Positions 52,331-64,000 of a stretch of DNA of 64,000 bases are shown piece by piece (within the stretch, counting starts at the first letter, position 1; each line of letters opens with the position of its first letter). The translations under genes and the position numbers were made by a program. The stretch lies in contig JAGIQG010000012.1 of assembly GCA_024679065.1 (NCBI GenBank), positions 47,988,001 through 48,052,000 on the forward strand, given 5' to 3'. A model generated the notes under the pieces. The model was given only the letters and a program-made list of their open reading frames with translations, made no database searches and was not told where the DNA came from. Origin of the DNA: Sphyrna mokarran (lineage: Eukaryota).

Positions 52331-53364
52331 GGTCAGATTTTCATTTTAGAAGTGGGTAGTTTGAGTTGGAAATTGTCCTGGCTGAATATGCCATTCTTGT
52401 ACCTCGAACACAGGACCAACTGAAGTTCAGGCAAAACATTCAAACCATTGTACAACAGTTCCCTTTGTTATACCTTACCAAGTTACCACAAAAATATCAC
52501 TCTATTGTGAAGGGTGTCAAAAACTCTATTAGACAAATTCTCAGAAGTTCATTACATACAAAGTATCCAAACTCTGTCTCATTTCCTTGCAGCCAAAGTA
52601 TAAAACTCTGTTTTACTTTGTTATATACAAAACACCCAGACCCTGTTCTACAAAACATATCAAAACTTGTGGCTTGGACCTAAATACCACCTGTTAAGAG
52701 GTTAGGTGATCAGTCTCCCTCTTGGTGGATATACTGATGTCCTCTCCAAGCCCAGACACAGGACACTATTTCTTAGACTGCCTTTTCCTACCGGTTGTTA
52801 CTTCAGCAGTTCCTTTGTCTCTCAGAACAGCCCAAGCTTCTCCAATCTATCAATGTAACTGAAGTTCCTCATTTCTGGAGTTATCTCATTCATCTTTTTG
52901 CAATCTCTCTGAAGAGTTCACACCTTCCAATTGTGCTGTGCCCATAATACTCCAATTGAGGCTAAACTCTGTTTTATAAAAATTCACCATATCTTCCTTA
53001 CTCTTATAGCCTTTGGGCCAGATTTTTACAGAGTCAGGGAGACTTTTCAGATCTTCAAAAAAGGCACACAGAACCAGATTCCATAATTCCCACCCCTATT
53101 CCCAGCATCTCCAATTTTGGGTGAGTGCAATGGAGCAGCAAGCCCAAATATATTCCCAATCCAATTGGCTCCATTGTGAAGGTAGCATCTCCTAACTACC
53201 CATAATTTCCATGTCATTATGTCAGCTTCTTGTGATCTTGGGATTATCTAGATGCAAAACATTGGCTGTATTCTTTTCCCACAGATGCTATCAGGCCTGT
53301 TAAGAATTTCCAGTATTTTCTGTTTGTTTCAGATTCCAGCATCTGCAGTATGTTGCTTTTCTCC

Positions 53365-53745
53365 TTCGAGAAGAGATGGTTGAGAGATTTGATAGTGGTG
53401 TTCAAATTCATAAGGGGCCCGGTGAAAGCAGTGAGGGAGAAAGTGTTCACATTGGTGGAAGTTGTAGAGAACAAGAGTACACTGATTTAAGATTAATGGC
53501 AAAAGAAGGAAGATAACAAGATGAAAATCTTTACACAGTGAGAAGTTAGGACCTGGATACACACTGCCTAAGAGTGTTGTGGAGGCAGATTCAATCATAC
53601 CTTTTAAAAGGGACAATTATCTGAAGAGAATAAAATTGCATGGCTAGAAGCAGGCAAAGACTGGGAAGGGTCTAGCTGAGACCAGAGTGAGCATTTTGGC
53701 TGAGTGATCTCCTATAATGCAGCTATTCTGAAATTCCATGATTAT
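53365..53745 (+). mobile_element. CR1 3' end
   Basis: FSFEKR.L.DLIVVFKFIRG... followed by a CR1 3' UTR. Confidence 0.75.
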
Positions 53746-55936
53746 CAAATTCACATTGATTCTACTATGGTCCACAACAAATTCACACTTTGATTAGATC
53801 AACCAAGTTGTTTTCTGGGATCAGATTTTTTACTTATTCTTTTGTCCCAGAATTCTGCTTGCTGTGTAGACTTTTGTGAGGTATGCAATGCCTTGCCAAC
53901 TCGCCGGCCAGCTTTGAGTTTCATGAGCTTGTGATTCAGAAATGAGGACAGTATGAATGCCTTTTCAAGTTAACCCCAGAAACTTTGCTGCAAAATATAG
54001 CAGTTGTTTCATAAGTCTGATGCTGCTGATGCTACCCAGTAGAGTAACATCAGCAACATCTGACTGACTTCATCAGTTGTTTGTATAGCAGTGGTTTATA
54101 ACTGTAATATATGCCCTGTTATTAGCAGTTAAAGCAGCGCATTATTAGGTGCTTGTGGAGAGGGTCTTTGTAATTCGTAAAGCAAATGAGAGTCAAACCG
54201 AGTTAAAATTGACTGCAGCTTAAAGGTTACCTGCTGTCTCAAACAAGCAGATAGCCAGAAGAAAATTACCTCGTAACAGGTTAGCAGAGCAATAGATTTG
54301 CCACCACTCATTGCATAAAAACTCATGCTGAACTTCAGATCTGAACTCCCTTGCTAACAGTAGATTGATCTGACGTTATTAGCAGGCACACCATGGTTAA
54401 ATAAATGGAAATTCAAAGCTTCAAATTAATCTGTCAAAACTAACTGCCATGTTAACCTTTTACTGGACGTTACGAATTGAGAAGCCAGCTATGAAGGACC
54501 CAGTGGGGTCTCTGTTGTATCTCTTGCAAACAAAGGAAGTAAATTATATACAGATTAAAAATATGGTATTAATGCTGAAACTCTGTGGTTTCTAAATAGA
54601 AAATAAAGCAACATTAGGAAACATTATAGCACTATTGAAAGTAATCTCTACGTTATCCTGGTGTATCGACCAACTTGCTTTCAAAAAGTTAATTGGTTTT
54701 GTATATTATCTCTGAGAAATAGTTACTTGGTTTCACTTAATTTTTAAGCATGAAAATAAGATGGAGACTAAAAAGCTTCCATAAAGAAAACAGATATTTG
54801 AAAATTATAATGATTAACACATGAAAATTTTACACATTTATACTTAGTGCACAGAATATATTTTACTACACTTGACTATTATTGGTTTGCAGTTGTTCAA
54901 CATCACAACAGTACAACTTTTTGATTAGCTCATAAGTGTTAAATCAATGGTAATTAATCTAAGATCGCTATTTTAAAAAAAACTCGAAGTATTGTTATTC
55001 TTATATTGGCAGGTGAATACTTAACATTGGAATAAAATTCCTTTGTGTCCCATTTTAAGCTTAGTGTTAACCTACCCAAAATAAATGAAGTACAGACAAA
55101 GAGATTTCATGCAAAGGTATTAAACTGTCTTTGTGAATATTCACAACATGTGATTACAAAGATCAATCAGTTTAATTGGACTAAATCTTCCCTACACAAT
55201 ATCAACATCTTGGATAATGAAAACATCATGGCAGGATCTCTTAATAAGTTCAAAACATGACAGAAATACATTTCAGGAACAACCAATCACATTTTTAAAT
55301 GCCCGTGTTAGTGTGAAGTGAATGGAATATACAAGTAATTGAAAAGTCGAACAAGAAGCCAGCCGATTATCTGCACTACAATCTGTTGAAAATGTTGGAG
55401 GCCTGACTAAAAGAATGAATTTCATGATTTGAATCCAGATTTTCCATTTGCCAATACCCAGCTCAATAAATAGCATTCTATTCAGTCAGCAAAACCAAGG
55501 TTTGGACCATTTCTTTATGAATTAATGCAATGAACTTTTACTCTCTCATTCTTTCTCATTTTCTGTCTCATTTAGTTATACATTTATTCGCTTCAGCTGA
55601 AAAATCATTGAAACATATTTATTCTGTTATTGGGCTGGAATTTACATAGTGCACAGCCCTCACCTATGTCCACAGCTACCCCCCTCCCCCCCCCCCCCCC
55701 CCCCCACCTTTTCATCTTTCCTACTGGTAAGAGGTTGCGGGCTGCCTCTCTATCAAAACAACAGCTGCTATGCTGATGTTGATGCCCATTTGTCAATTAA
55801 GATAGGTGAGGATGGGATTCCACCCATCAGAAACAGATCTCACCTCCAAGAGCATCAGAGGCCATCAGATCTCTACTATCATCAGTGCCACCAGCACTGG
55901 TGGCCAGTATCAGTACTGCATGCAGTGTTTGAGAGG

Positions 55937-56425
55937 ATGAGTTATACTTGTTTTTATCCTACAGGTGCTTTGGTCCACCTTGTTGTCTAACGAGGGGCAT
56001 ACACGCGATGGGTCGTGAGAGGACTGCTCTTGGACCTTTTTCGAGAGTATCCTACTGCTTCACATCGTTAGTGTATGCTTGACCTGGATCATCTGATGAG
56101 CAACACGACAGCGCAGTGACTATAGCTGTGCTGTGCAGATACATGGATTTGGGCCTGTGTTTTGGGAATTTGCGCATTCTCCCCGTGCTTGCGTGGGTTT
56201 TCTCCGGGAGCTCCGGTTTCCTCCCACGTCCCAAAGATGTGCTCTTAGGCTAATTGGCAAAACAAATTCTCCCTAAATAGTCTCAAATTTGGTTTTTAAT
56301 CCATAGATCTATAAACATGGACAGGGATCGCGTATAGAAGTGGGAACATCGAGGTGGCAGCGCTGGCTCGTTGGGCCGAAGGGCCTGTTTCCTGTGCTGT
56401 TTTGTTCTTTGTTCTTTGTTCTTTG
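55937..56425 (+). mobile_element. V-domain SINE with non-tRNA head, copy 2 (longer)
   Basis: Inverted near-identical partner of 4021-4413 with a (GTTCTTT)n tail. The 5' boundary is inferred from the interrupted host element. Confidence 0.85.
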
Positions 56426-56458
56426 ATCTAGCCTAGCAAGTGATTAGGATCTCCCCAG

Positions 56459-56516
56459 GGCCCAACATGACAATGTGGGGGAATAGGCCCAACATGACAA
56501 TGTGGGGGAATAGGCC
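56459..56516. repeat. 27-bp perfect tandem duplication
   Basis: ggcccaacatgacaatgtgggggaata x2, plus ggcc. Confidence 0.95.
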
Positions 56517-57564
56517 AAGGAATAGCAGAAACTGGATGGGTTACAACTTGGGGGAGGACCCTTCTGAATCAATCAAGAGCTCCATTAAAGATGAAATCTC
56601 ACACTCACAACCAGCCCATGTCAGGGCAATCTGCCAGGCTGATCACTTTGCACAAATCTCTTCCACCACAGGTTAAATTCTGTTCTTGGTAGGATGAGGC
56701 CCTGAAGTGGGAATTAATTGCCTACTCATGGGAGTCATTTGGCCTACTGGTGGGTAGGCCACCTGGTGCCACCCTGTCATTGATAAAATTGCACTGGAGA
56801 CAAATGGGTGGGTAGATGATGGAAGGCTCCTAAGCGGGATTTTATTTCCACTTTCTCCTTCCTCCCCACTTTCAAACCTGACAGATAGTGAATGTAAAAT
56901 CCATCCTAGTGTGTTGTATGCTTGGTATTCTAGAAAGGTTCAGTGTCACTAACCATTCCTGTCTTCAAACCTTAAGCTTCCAATTATCCAAATTATACCT
57001 TTAATTGCCAAATATTTAGGTAAACAAGGTTAAGACTGCATTCAATATTTGCTCAAGGAACATTCGGACTAAGTAATTTGTCACAAAGTTGTTTTGGCCC
57101 ATGTAATTGAGTGTCTTGCCTTCAGTCAGAAATACAGTTTGCACATTTTTGTTGCATTTCAATAGAAATTTATCGATGGTGAAAGGTAAAAAATCAATAT
57201 TCTTCATGACTTCCTGACGCTGCATCATTTCCCTCACTGATTTGCTTAAACATGCTCATCACATCTAATCTGATGGCAGCATCAGCAATAAATAATCTGA
57301 CACACCAATCATGACCCCTATGATTAGTTTGTTTTCGATACGACATAGAAATATAACTTAAACAGAGTTCTAAACCATCCAGCAATCCATTTCAATTAGG
57401 GGTTTAACGGAGAAAGCAATTAGCACAATAAGTATTAGAAAGTGCGTGCATCTTTCACTTTAGGTTTAGAAGTTGTCAAAATACAAAGGTTGATTTTGTC
57501 AGAGTGTATTTTTGGAATACAAAAATACAAAAATTGTGTTTGTGCTGAATATATATATATTAGA

Positions 57565-58725
57565 AAGTATATATATGACACGGTACCTTTCATGCTCTTA
57601 GGACATCCCAAAGGCTTCGCACATAATCAAGTGTTCCTGAGGCATAGTGATTGTTGCAGTGTTGTACGCAGTTAATTTATACATGTTCTCCACAAGAAAA
57701 CAATGAGAGCGCTAACCTAATAAATGATTCAATAAATTTGTTCCTGATAATGTTAGTTGAGGAATAAATGCCATGGCACTGGAGGAATTTCTCTAAAATA
57801 AAGCCATAGATCTCATTATTATTAATTATTAATTCTAAAGGTTGTGCAGGAACAGAGGATCCAGAGGTTACATGTACACAAATCACTGAAGGTAAGAGCA
57901 GGATGAGAAAGCAGTTCTCAGTAAATAAAACAGAAAGATTCTGCGCTTTATAAATATGGTCATAAAGTGCAGGCACAAACAAGTTCTGATACATGGTATC
58001 AAACATTGGGTTTGGCCTTGCTTGTGTCCAGCTTTGGGCACCACGCTTCTGGAAGGATGTGAAGGCAGGGTACAGGAAATGCACGAATACTGCTCCAAGG
58101 ATAAGGAATTTCAATTACGTTGATAAATTGGAAAGGTTGGGGGCTGCTCGCCTTGGAGCAGAGAAGATTTAGAGGAGATCTAATAGAAATGTTCAAAATA
58201 ATGAGAAGTTTGGACAGAGTAGAGAGAGAGAAACCATTGCCATTGGGGGAAGAGGATACTGGTTAAAGGTGAATAGCAAAAGAAGCTTTGGTAATGCAAG
58301 GAAAACTTCATTGCGCTGCAACTGTTTAGGATCTAGAATGCATTTTCTGGGAGTGTAGTGGAGCGGATCTAATCAAGCCTTCAAAAAAGAATTAGACCAT
58401 TATCTGATGAGAGAAAAATTGCAGATCTATGGGAAAAGGCAGAAGGATGGGTCTAGCTGAGCTGCTCTTGCAGAGAGCCGATCAACAGGGCAGGCTGATT
58501 GGCTTCCTTCTGTGCTGTAACCTTTCCATGATTACATTCACCCAAGAGGGCAGGCAGACCTCCATGAAATGTTTCATCTGAAAGTTGGCACCTCTGGCTG
58601 TGCAACCCTCCCTAAATACTGCACTGAATTGTCAGCTTCGATTATATTCTCAAACCTCTAGGGTAGGGCTTGAACCCACAGCCATCTGACTCAGTGAATA
58701 GAATACTGAGCCAAGACTCACACTG
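57565..58725 (-). mobile_element. Deu-domain SINE split by a CR1 insertion
   Basis: Reverse-complement tail and Deu core at 57565-57815; head half (tcatctgaaagttggcacctc...gcttgaacccacagcc.tctgactcag) at 58535-58725. Confidence 0.7.
57835..58535 (+). mobile_element. CR1 3' end
   Basis: LKGCAGTEDPEVTC..., CVQLWAP.F.KDV, LEQRRFRGDLIEMFKIMR.LDRV and CR1 tail. Confidence 0.88.
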
Positions 58726-59217
58726 CATGACTGCATTTAAATTGAGGCAACCTCATGAGTTGTAAACCTGAGATAATTGCTTCCTTCTCCAGTTCTCTGT
58801 GAGAATTTTGACAGAGGTCCAATTTATAGCTTCCATTAAAAAAAACAAAATTGAATTCTCAGCCTGAGGGAAGCTGACTTCATATCTATTTTGAATTCGA
58901 AGTGCAAGAAAAGAGGGATAATGTTGTTCAAAGTGTCAGTTTGAGTTGAGTTATTAAAACTGAAGCCCTTTTGCTATCTATCTGAGATATCCTCAACATC
59001 CTAACCGGTGCCCTTCAATAAAAATCATTTGAGGCTATAGACTTTTACAAAATGTAAATCAGATATGCAATCTCATTAGGTTAGCTGGCAACAATCCTTC
59101 ATTGGTTTGGACGCAGACTGCTTTTATTAAATACCCTTTTCTCCATTCAGAAAATGATTTCCTAAGCATTTCTGATTACGTCTCATGATTTCTTAGATTA
59201 TTTTTCAAGTATATTTG

Positions 59218-59556
59218 GGTGGCACAGTAGCACAGTGGTCAGCACTGCTGCTTCACAGCACCAGGATCTTGGTTTGATTCTTGGCTTGGATCACTGTCTT
59301 GGTGGAGTTTGCACATTCTCCTCGTGTCTGCGTGGGTTTCCTCTAAATGCTTCAGTTTCCTCCCACAATCCAAAGATATGTGGGTTAGGTTGATCGGCCA
59401 TGCTAAAATTGCCCCTTAGTATCCTGAGATGCATAGGTTAGAGGGATTAACAGGTAAATATGTAGGGATATGGGGGTAGGTGTCTGGGTGGGATTGCAGT
59501 TGGTGCAGACTCAATGGGCCAAATGTCCTGTTTCTGCACTGTAGGGTTTGTATGAT
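59218..59556 (+). mobile_element. HE1 SINE, full length
   Basis: ggtggcacagtagcacagtggtcagcactgctg head, V core, and gactcaatgggccaaatg..ctgtttctgcactgtaggg tail. Confidence 0.92.
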
Positions 59557-61439
59557 ATTTCGATGGTCTCCATTATTGTGATTAAAATATTATCAGGGCT
59601 GGGGTCATGGGGGATGCACAAATTGGACATTGTTAGACCTGTTTAATAGTTCTTATTTAGTACTTCTAATGCTAGATTTGTGCATGGATCAAGCCACAAT
59701 GGAAGAGAGATGGGTGTTTAGTAAGAACACTAAATACGTAGTAGCAAAGTGACAACCTGTTTTACACTGCACCCAATTTTCTTCTTTTGTTAATGAAGCT
59801 GCATTTGGGGTGCATAGGCAGAGTATTTGTGTGCAGGAAGGAGAACCCCATCTGCTAACTTCTTTCGAGTGCTCCACCAAAGACTTCTGGTTAGCATCCT
59901 GCAGAACCTGAAAAATCTTAGACAGAACCTGTGCAGCACAAGCTTTTAACAGTTGAAGCAAATTTAGAAAATTAACTCAGGAAATTGGTACAAGTCCATT
60001 TCAACATTGAAATATCAGATTGTTGGCTAGTGTTAATTCTGTACATTATTATATTAAAGTGGTCTAATGTAGTGACATGATTTTACATGTATTCAAAATA
60101 AATTATATATGTCAACAATTTTTATCATATTGGGCATGTGTAAATACGCTATTTAAATTCAATCAGAATAGTTGAATAGTTGAAAATGGGCTGTGTGCTG
60201 TTGTTTGCTCTATTTGGAACAAAATACACAAAGAGGAATAAATGTTTCTTCATATGACTAAATAACTCAAAAGCGTAAAACTGTTAAGCCACCACTGGCA
60301 GTGGATGTCAAGGTTGGAGAGCTAAACTGCTCTGATGGTTGAGTTAAAGTGACCTTATGTTGATCCTTTCTCTGTTTACTGACATCACATTCACATGGGT
60401 CAAGAGGGTGGAAGCAGGGGAATGCTAGTTAATCAAAATACAATCCTACAATGCTGACTTCACATGCAGTAATATGATTCCAAGCGGACCAAGGTATAGT
60501 TGTATTGTATGTAATTCTAATTAAAAAGGTAAATATTTTAAAATACTAAATCCTGAAGTTCCTATATATGACATTATGTGATGTGATATGTATTTTTATA
60601 TCAGATTTTTATCATTTGTGGTCCTTTTATCAATGAAAATCACATTGGATGTTAGTAGATTGCATGTACTAGTTCATTAAAATTTATCAATAGTGGACAA
60701 TTAACACAGATTACAACTGATGATAATGTTATTCTTTGTTATACTTTGACATAAAGGAATGAGGATTACAGAGCTTCACATTCAGGACATACTAGTTCAA
60801 ATAAGTGGAAGTAATCCTAACACCCAGTTATGATAAATTTAACCTCAGTAGCTGTTCTTGTAGCCAGAAATAGATTCTTAACTGGAAGTTATCTTTGACT
60901 TCAGTATGGTGGCGAGATTTTATAGCATCTTATTTTTTCATGAGAAATGACAACACTCTGCAAAGAATCCAATCATATTCATGTTAATGATAGCTAAGTG
61001 AAACAGTCTTAACAGTGAAGAATGTCAAATTAAATTCTTCCTCTCTTGTAAGTAATTAGTTAGTATCTGTCATTAATGTTAAGCTTATATTAGTTGTGAA
61101 GGTAGGATGTTTATTATACTTAGCGTATTGTATTGCTTGAGACCATTTACTCATAATACACAGGAGAAAACTATACTGTGCACTCTCAGCTAAGAATCCC
61201 AAACTCTCAGCTGCAGCTGTTCTCTGGTATTTTGTCATTCCTAGAAGCAGCACTGCACTGTCTTCTGTGAGAATATAGGTCATCTAACAAAGGATATTAT
61301 GCCATTCAAATCCCAGTTGAAGCCAAGGAACAATAATTCAATCTTTTTTGAGGCAACCAACTTCTGAACAATAAAGTATATTTTTTCTTTCCTATTTTGT
61401 GCACATTCCAACCCCCCAAAAAATTGCCAGTTTCCACAC

Positions 61440-61760
61440 TTACAAAAAAGGAAAACAATTAATAGCCACTAAAGCATTTTTGAAGTGTGGCCACTGTTCT
61501 AACAGGGGCACAGAGCAAGGTGCCACAAGCAGGAATGAGAAAATAAATGAATGACCATGCATGTCTAACAATGTTGGTTGAGTTACCAACCATGTTGGCC
61601 AGCACACTAGGAAAATGTCCTGCTCTTCTTTGATAATACCAGGTAATTTTTACATCATGAGTGTGTAGACGGGTTCTCTTAAGATCTCATCTAAAAGGCC
61701 AATAGTGCAATATTCCCTTGGTATTGTACGGAATTTGGCTTAGATGCAGTAGGTAGGGAG
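61440..61760 (-). mobile_element. Deu-domain SINE remnant
   Basis: ttttgaagtgtggccactgtt, atgttggccagcacactagg..ctgctcttctttg. Confidence 0.55.
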
Positions 61761-61941
61761 ACATTGTTTCTACTGAGAGGAGGGTTAGCAACTAGATAAC
61801 ACAGATTTAAGATAATTGGCTACAAAAAACATGGTGATGAGAACGTTTTGTGCAGTATGTTATGATATAGAATGCAGTACCTGAAAGCAATATATAGTAT
61901 AAGAGATTAATTCTAACTGTTATGTGCAAACAAGATACAAT

Positions 61942-62053
61942 GGGCGGGACTTTACAGGCTCACTCACCCTAAAATCCTGTCAACAAACCTTTCCATGGTC
62001 CGTCCCTCACCTTCAACAATTCACATGGTGGATGGGACAGTAAAATTCCAGCC
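61942..62053. mobile_element. Short MITE
   Basis: gggcgggactttac ... gtaaaattccagcc termini. Confidence 0.6.
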
Positions 62054-62716
62054 AGTATGCTTCACTGTGGGAAGTGTTGCAATGTCACATGATCTTGCTC
62101 TCTCATACAGACTTTATGGCAAGATGAAGTCGCAGTGAGATGTTTCTGAACAAAGTTAGTGTTTTCCTTACCTCAGCAGACTCTGAGTATTCTGTGTTGG
62201 CATGAGACCAAGAATATGTTCGAAAGAAAACTTTCAAAATGGAATGGGGTATATATGTGAAAAGAAAACATTACAGGAATTTAGGGAAAGTGTAGGGACT
62301 GAGTCTTATTGGATAACTCTTTTAAACAGCTAGCACAAGCACACTGGCCACTTTCTGTGCTGTAAGATTATTTGACTCTAGATTAATATGATCAACTAGC
62401 ATGACTTGAAGCCATGAACTTCTAACTTTGGCTCAATGAGCCAAGACTGGCATTGGGAGTTGGATTTTTGTCATTGCAGATGTGCATTGGGGGACGAGTT
62501 CAATTCTGGGTTCTGAACCTGCCTCTATCCCAACTGTGCCATGGAGTGTAATTTTCACAGTGTCAGGATCATACTGACCCAGAGGTGGATCTATTGGCAG
62601 TAGTTGTGGAAATGGGGAAAGGATACTTAGGAATTGAGCCATGTTCTGGTTGATAGCTAATGCTGTGCTAAATATTGTTGAATTATACGTGTTAATTGTA
62701 ATTCACTTGAGGCTAT

Positions 62717-62957
62717 CATAGAATCCCTAGTTCAAAAGGAAACCATTCAGCACATCAAGCCTACACCAACAACAATCTCACCCCGGCCCTATCCCTGTAA
62801 CTCCACATATTTATTCAGCTAATTCCCCTGAACTAAGGGGCAACTTACTATGGCCGGTCAACTAAACCCGCACATTTTTGGAGTGTGGGAGGAAACAAAA
62901 GCACCTGGAGGAAACTCACGCAGACATGGGGAAAACATGCGAACTCCACACAGACAT
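62717..62957 (-). mobile_element. HE1-type SINE, 5'-truncated
   Basis: Reverse-complement tail tcatagaatccct and V core gtgggaggaaac..agcacctggaggaaac.cacgcagacatgggg. Confidence 0.85.
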
Positions 62958-63812
62958 GTGCAATCGTATTACATCTGAACACTTTAATGTGGTGTCACAA
63001 AAATGAGAATATCTTCATTTTGAAAAAGACTAGGACAAATAGAGAATTGAGACAAATGGACAGGTTGTCCAATAAAATTTTATTCATGCTCAGTAGTTTA
63101 TTTTTGTCCAAACTTTCACTCTTTACATTCAATTAAATAGTTTCAGTGCAGTTACCTGTGGTCCCACAAGGTTGGAGCCAGCTAGCTTCAGAGAACTCAT
63201 ATTGGCTGTCTGCCCCCATAAAAATCTTGGGAAGTCAGAAGGCAAGCTCTTAACGAGTTCCCTAATGACCTCAAGCCACCCAATTAATGATGCGAGCAAC
63301 TTCACTTTCCTATCCGCCTAACCTGCAAACCATTGCTTTCCTGCCGTCTGCCCTTAGGAAATCCTTGGAGTTAGGATTGGAGGCAGGAAAGCGGCATAAT
63401 AATTTTGCCATTTGTTCCATTTCAATTCAGGATGTCAAAATCAGATCCTGAATATATTTATGTAAACAGAAGTTCTTTGTTAAATGGTATGTAACTGTCC
63501 TGGGAAGTAACTGATTTACTTGATCCTAGTTTACTTGGTATTTTCTTTGTTTTGTTGTTCTTCCTGATTACTGACATGTAAAGAATCTCAGCAGAATGAT
63601 TTGCAGTTATTAAAATTATACACATTTCTTCTTTGCAATTATAAATTTATGTTTCCCCTGAGGTTTTGTGTGAACTCTCTGAATGTTTCTAATGTCAGTG
63701 CTTTTGTTGCAATGACCAATGAAATGTTTTAAACATTTAATGCTTAACATTGTTATCGTACTGGACTGCCATCTCTCAGACAGAAACAGCACAGGCCTAA
63801 CAATTTAAGTGA

Positions 63813-64000
63813 ATTATTGTTACAAGTAGGCTTACATTAACACTACAATGAAGTTACTTGAAAATCCCCTAGTCGTAACACTCCGACACTAACTTGGGTA
63901 CACTAAAGGAGAATTTAACATGGCCAATGCATCTAATCAGCATGTCATTTGGACTGTGGTAGGAAACCGAAACACTCAGAGGCCCGTGCAGACATGGGGA
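63813..64000 (-). mobile_element. tRNA/V-domain SINE (alternative tail), cut by the window end
   Basis: Same tail type as 8191 and 49544. Confidence 0.85.

Larger units (their letters stand above)
55632..56906. mobile_element. Harbinger-type non-autonomous element hosting the novel SINE
   Basis: Termini gggctggaatttac / gtaaaatccatcc. Confidence 0.45.

Noticed and set aside
55679-55706. C-run (also the G-run near 32485-32501 and C-rich 47020-47070) as functional G-quadruplexes
   Set aside because: Simple homopolymers inside decayed repeats, with no supporting context.
56093-56130. CTGATGAG as a hammerhead core in the novel SINE head
   Set aside because: No downstream GAAA after a stem, and the other copy reads TTGATGGG.
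56459-56516. CRISPR-like repeat
   Set aside because: Direct tandem duplication without spacers in eukaryotic DNA, and no cas genes.
59218-59290. tRNA gene
   Set aside because: It is the tRNA-derived head of an HE1 SINE that continues into the V domain. The same applies to the other SINE heads.
59860-59910. Possible minus-strand exon VLQDANQKSLVEHSKE
   Set aside because: Weak donor (GTTAGC), phase incompatible with the terminal exon, and no recognisable homology.

Overview
Eukaryotic, AT-rich, repeat-dense DNA, almost certainly from a shark (HE1-type tRNA/V-domain SINEs with CR1 tails, Deu-domain SINEs, many CR1 fragments, Penelope-derived hammerhead repeats, Harbinger-type MITEs). There is no prokaryotic operon or CRISPR array, and nearly all ORFs in the supplied track are chance ORFs or decayed TE frames. 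The only convincing host coding sequence is a 110-bp terminal exon on the minus strand (33023-33132), so ~33.1-64 kb is probably intron and ~1-33 kb is 3' flank. The most notable signals are: (1) a ~4-kb fossil at ~6.7-10.7 kb with two convergent, heavily frameshifted DNA-transposase genes, Zisupton/KDZ (HMGXB3-like) on + and Sola3-like on -, plus a U2 snRNA 5' fragment just upstream; (2) two young copies of a V-domain/CR1-tail SINE whose head is not tRNA-like and has patchy colinear similarity to the 28S sarcin-ricin region; (3) a structurally complete minimal type I hammerhead ribozyme at 3941-3986 with degenerate relatives. All family assignments come from motif recognition by eye, not database searches, and repeat boundaries are approximate.
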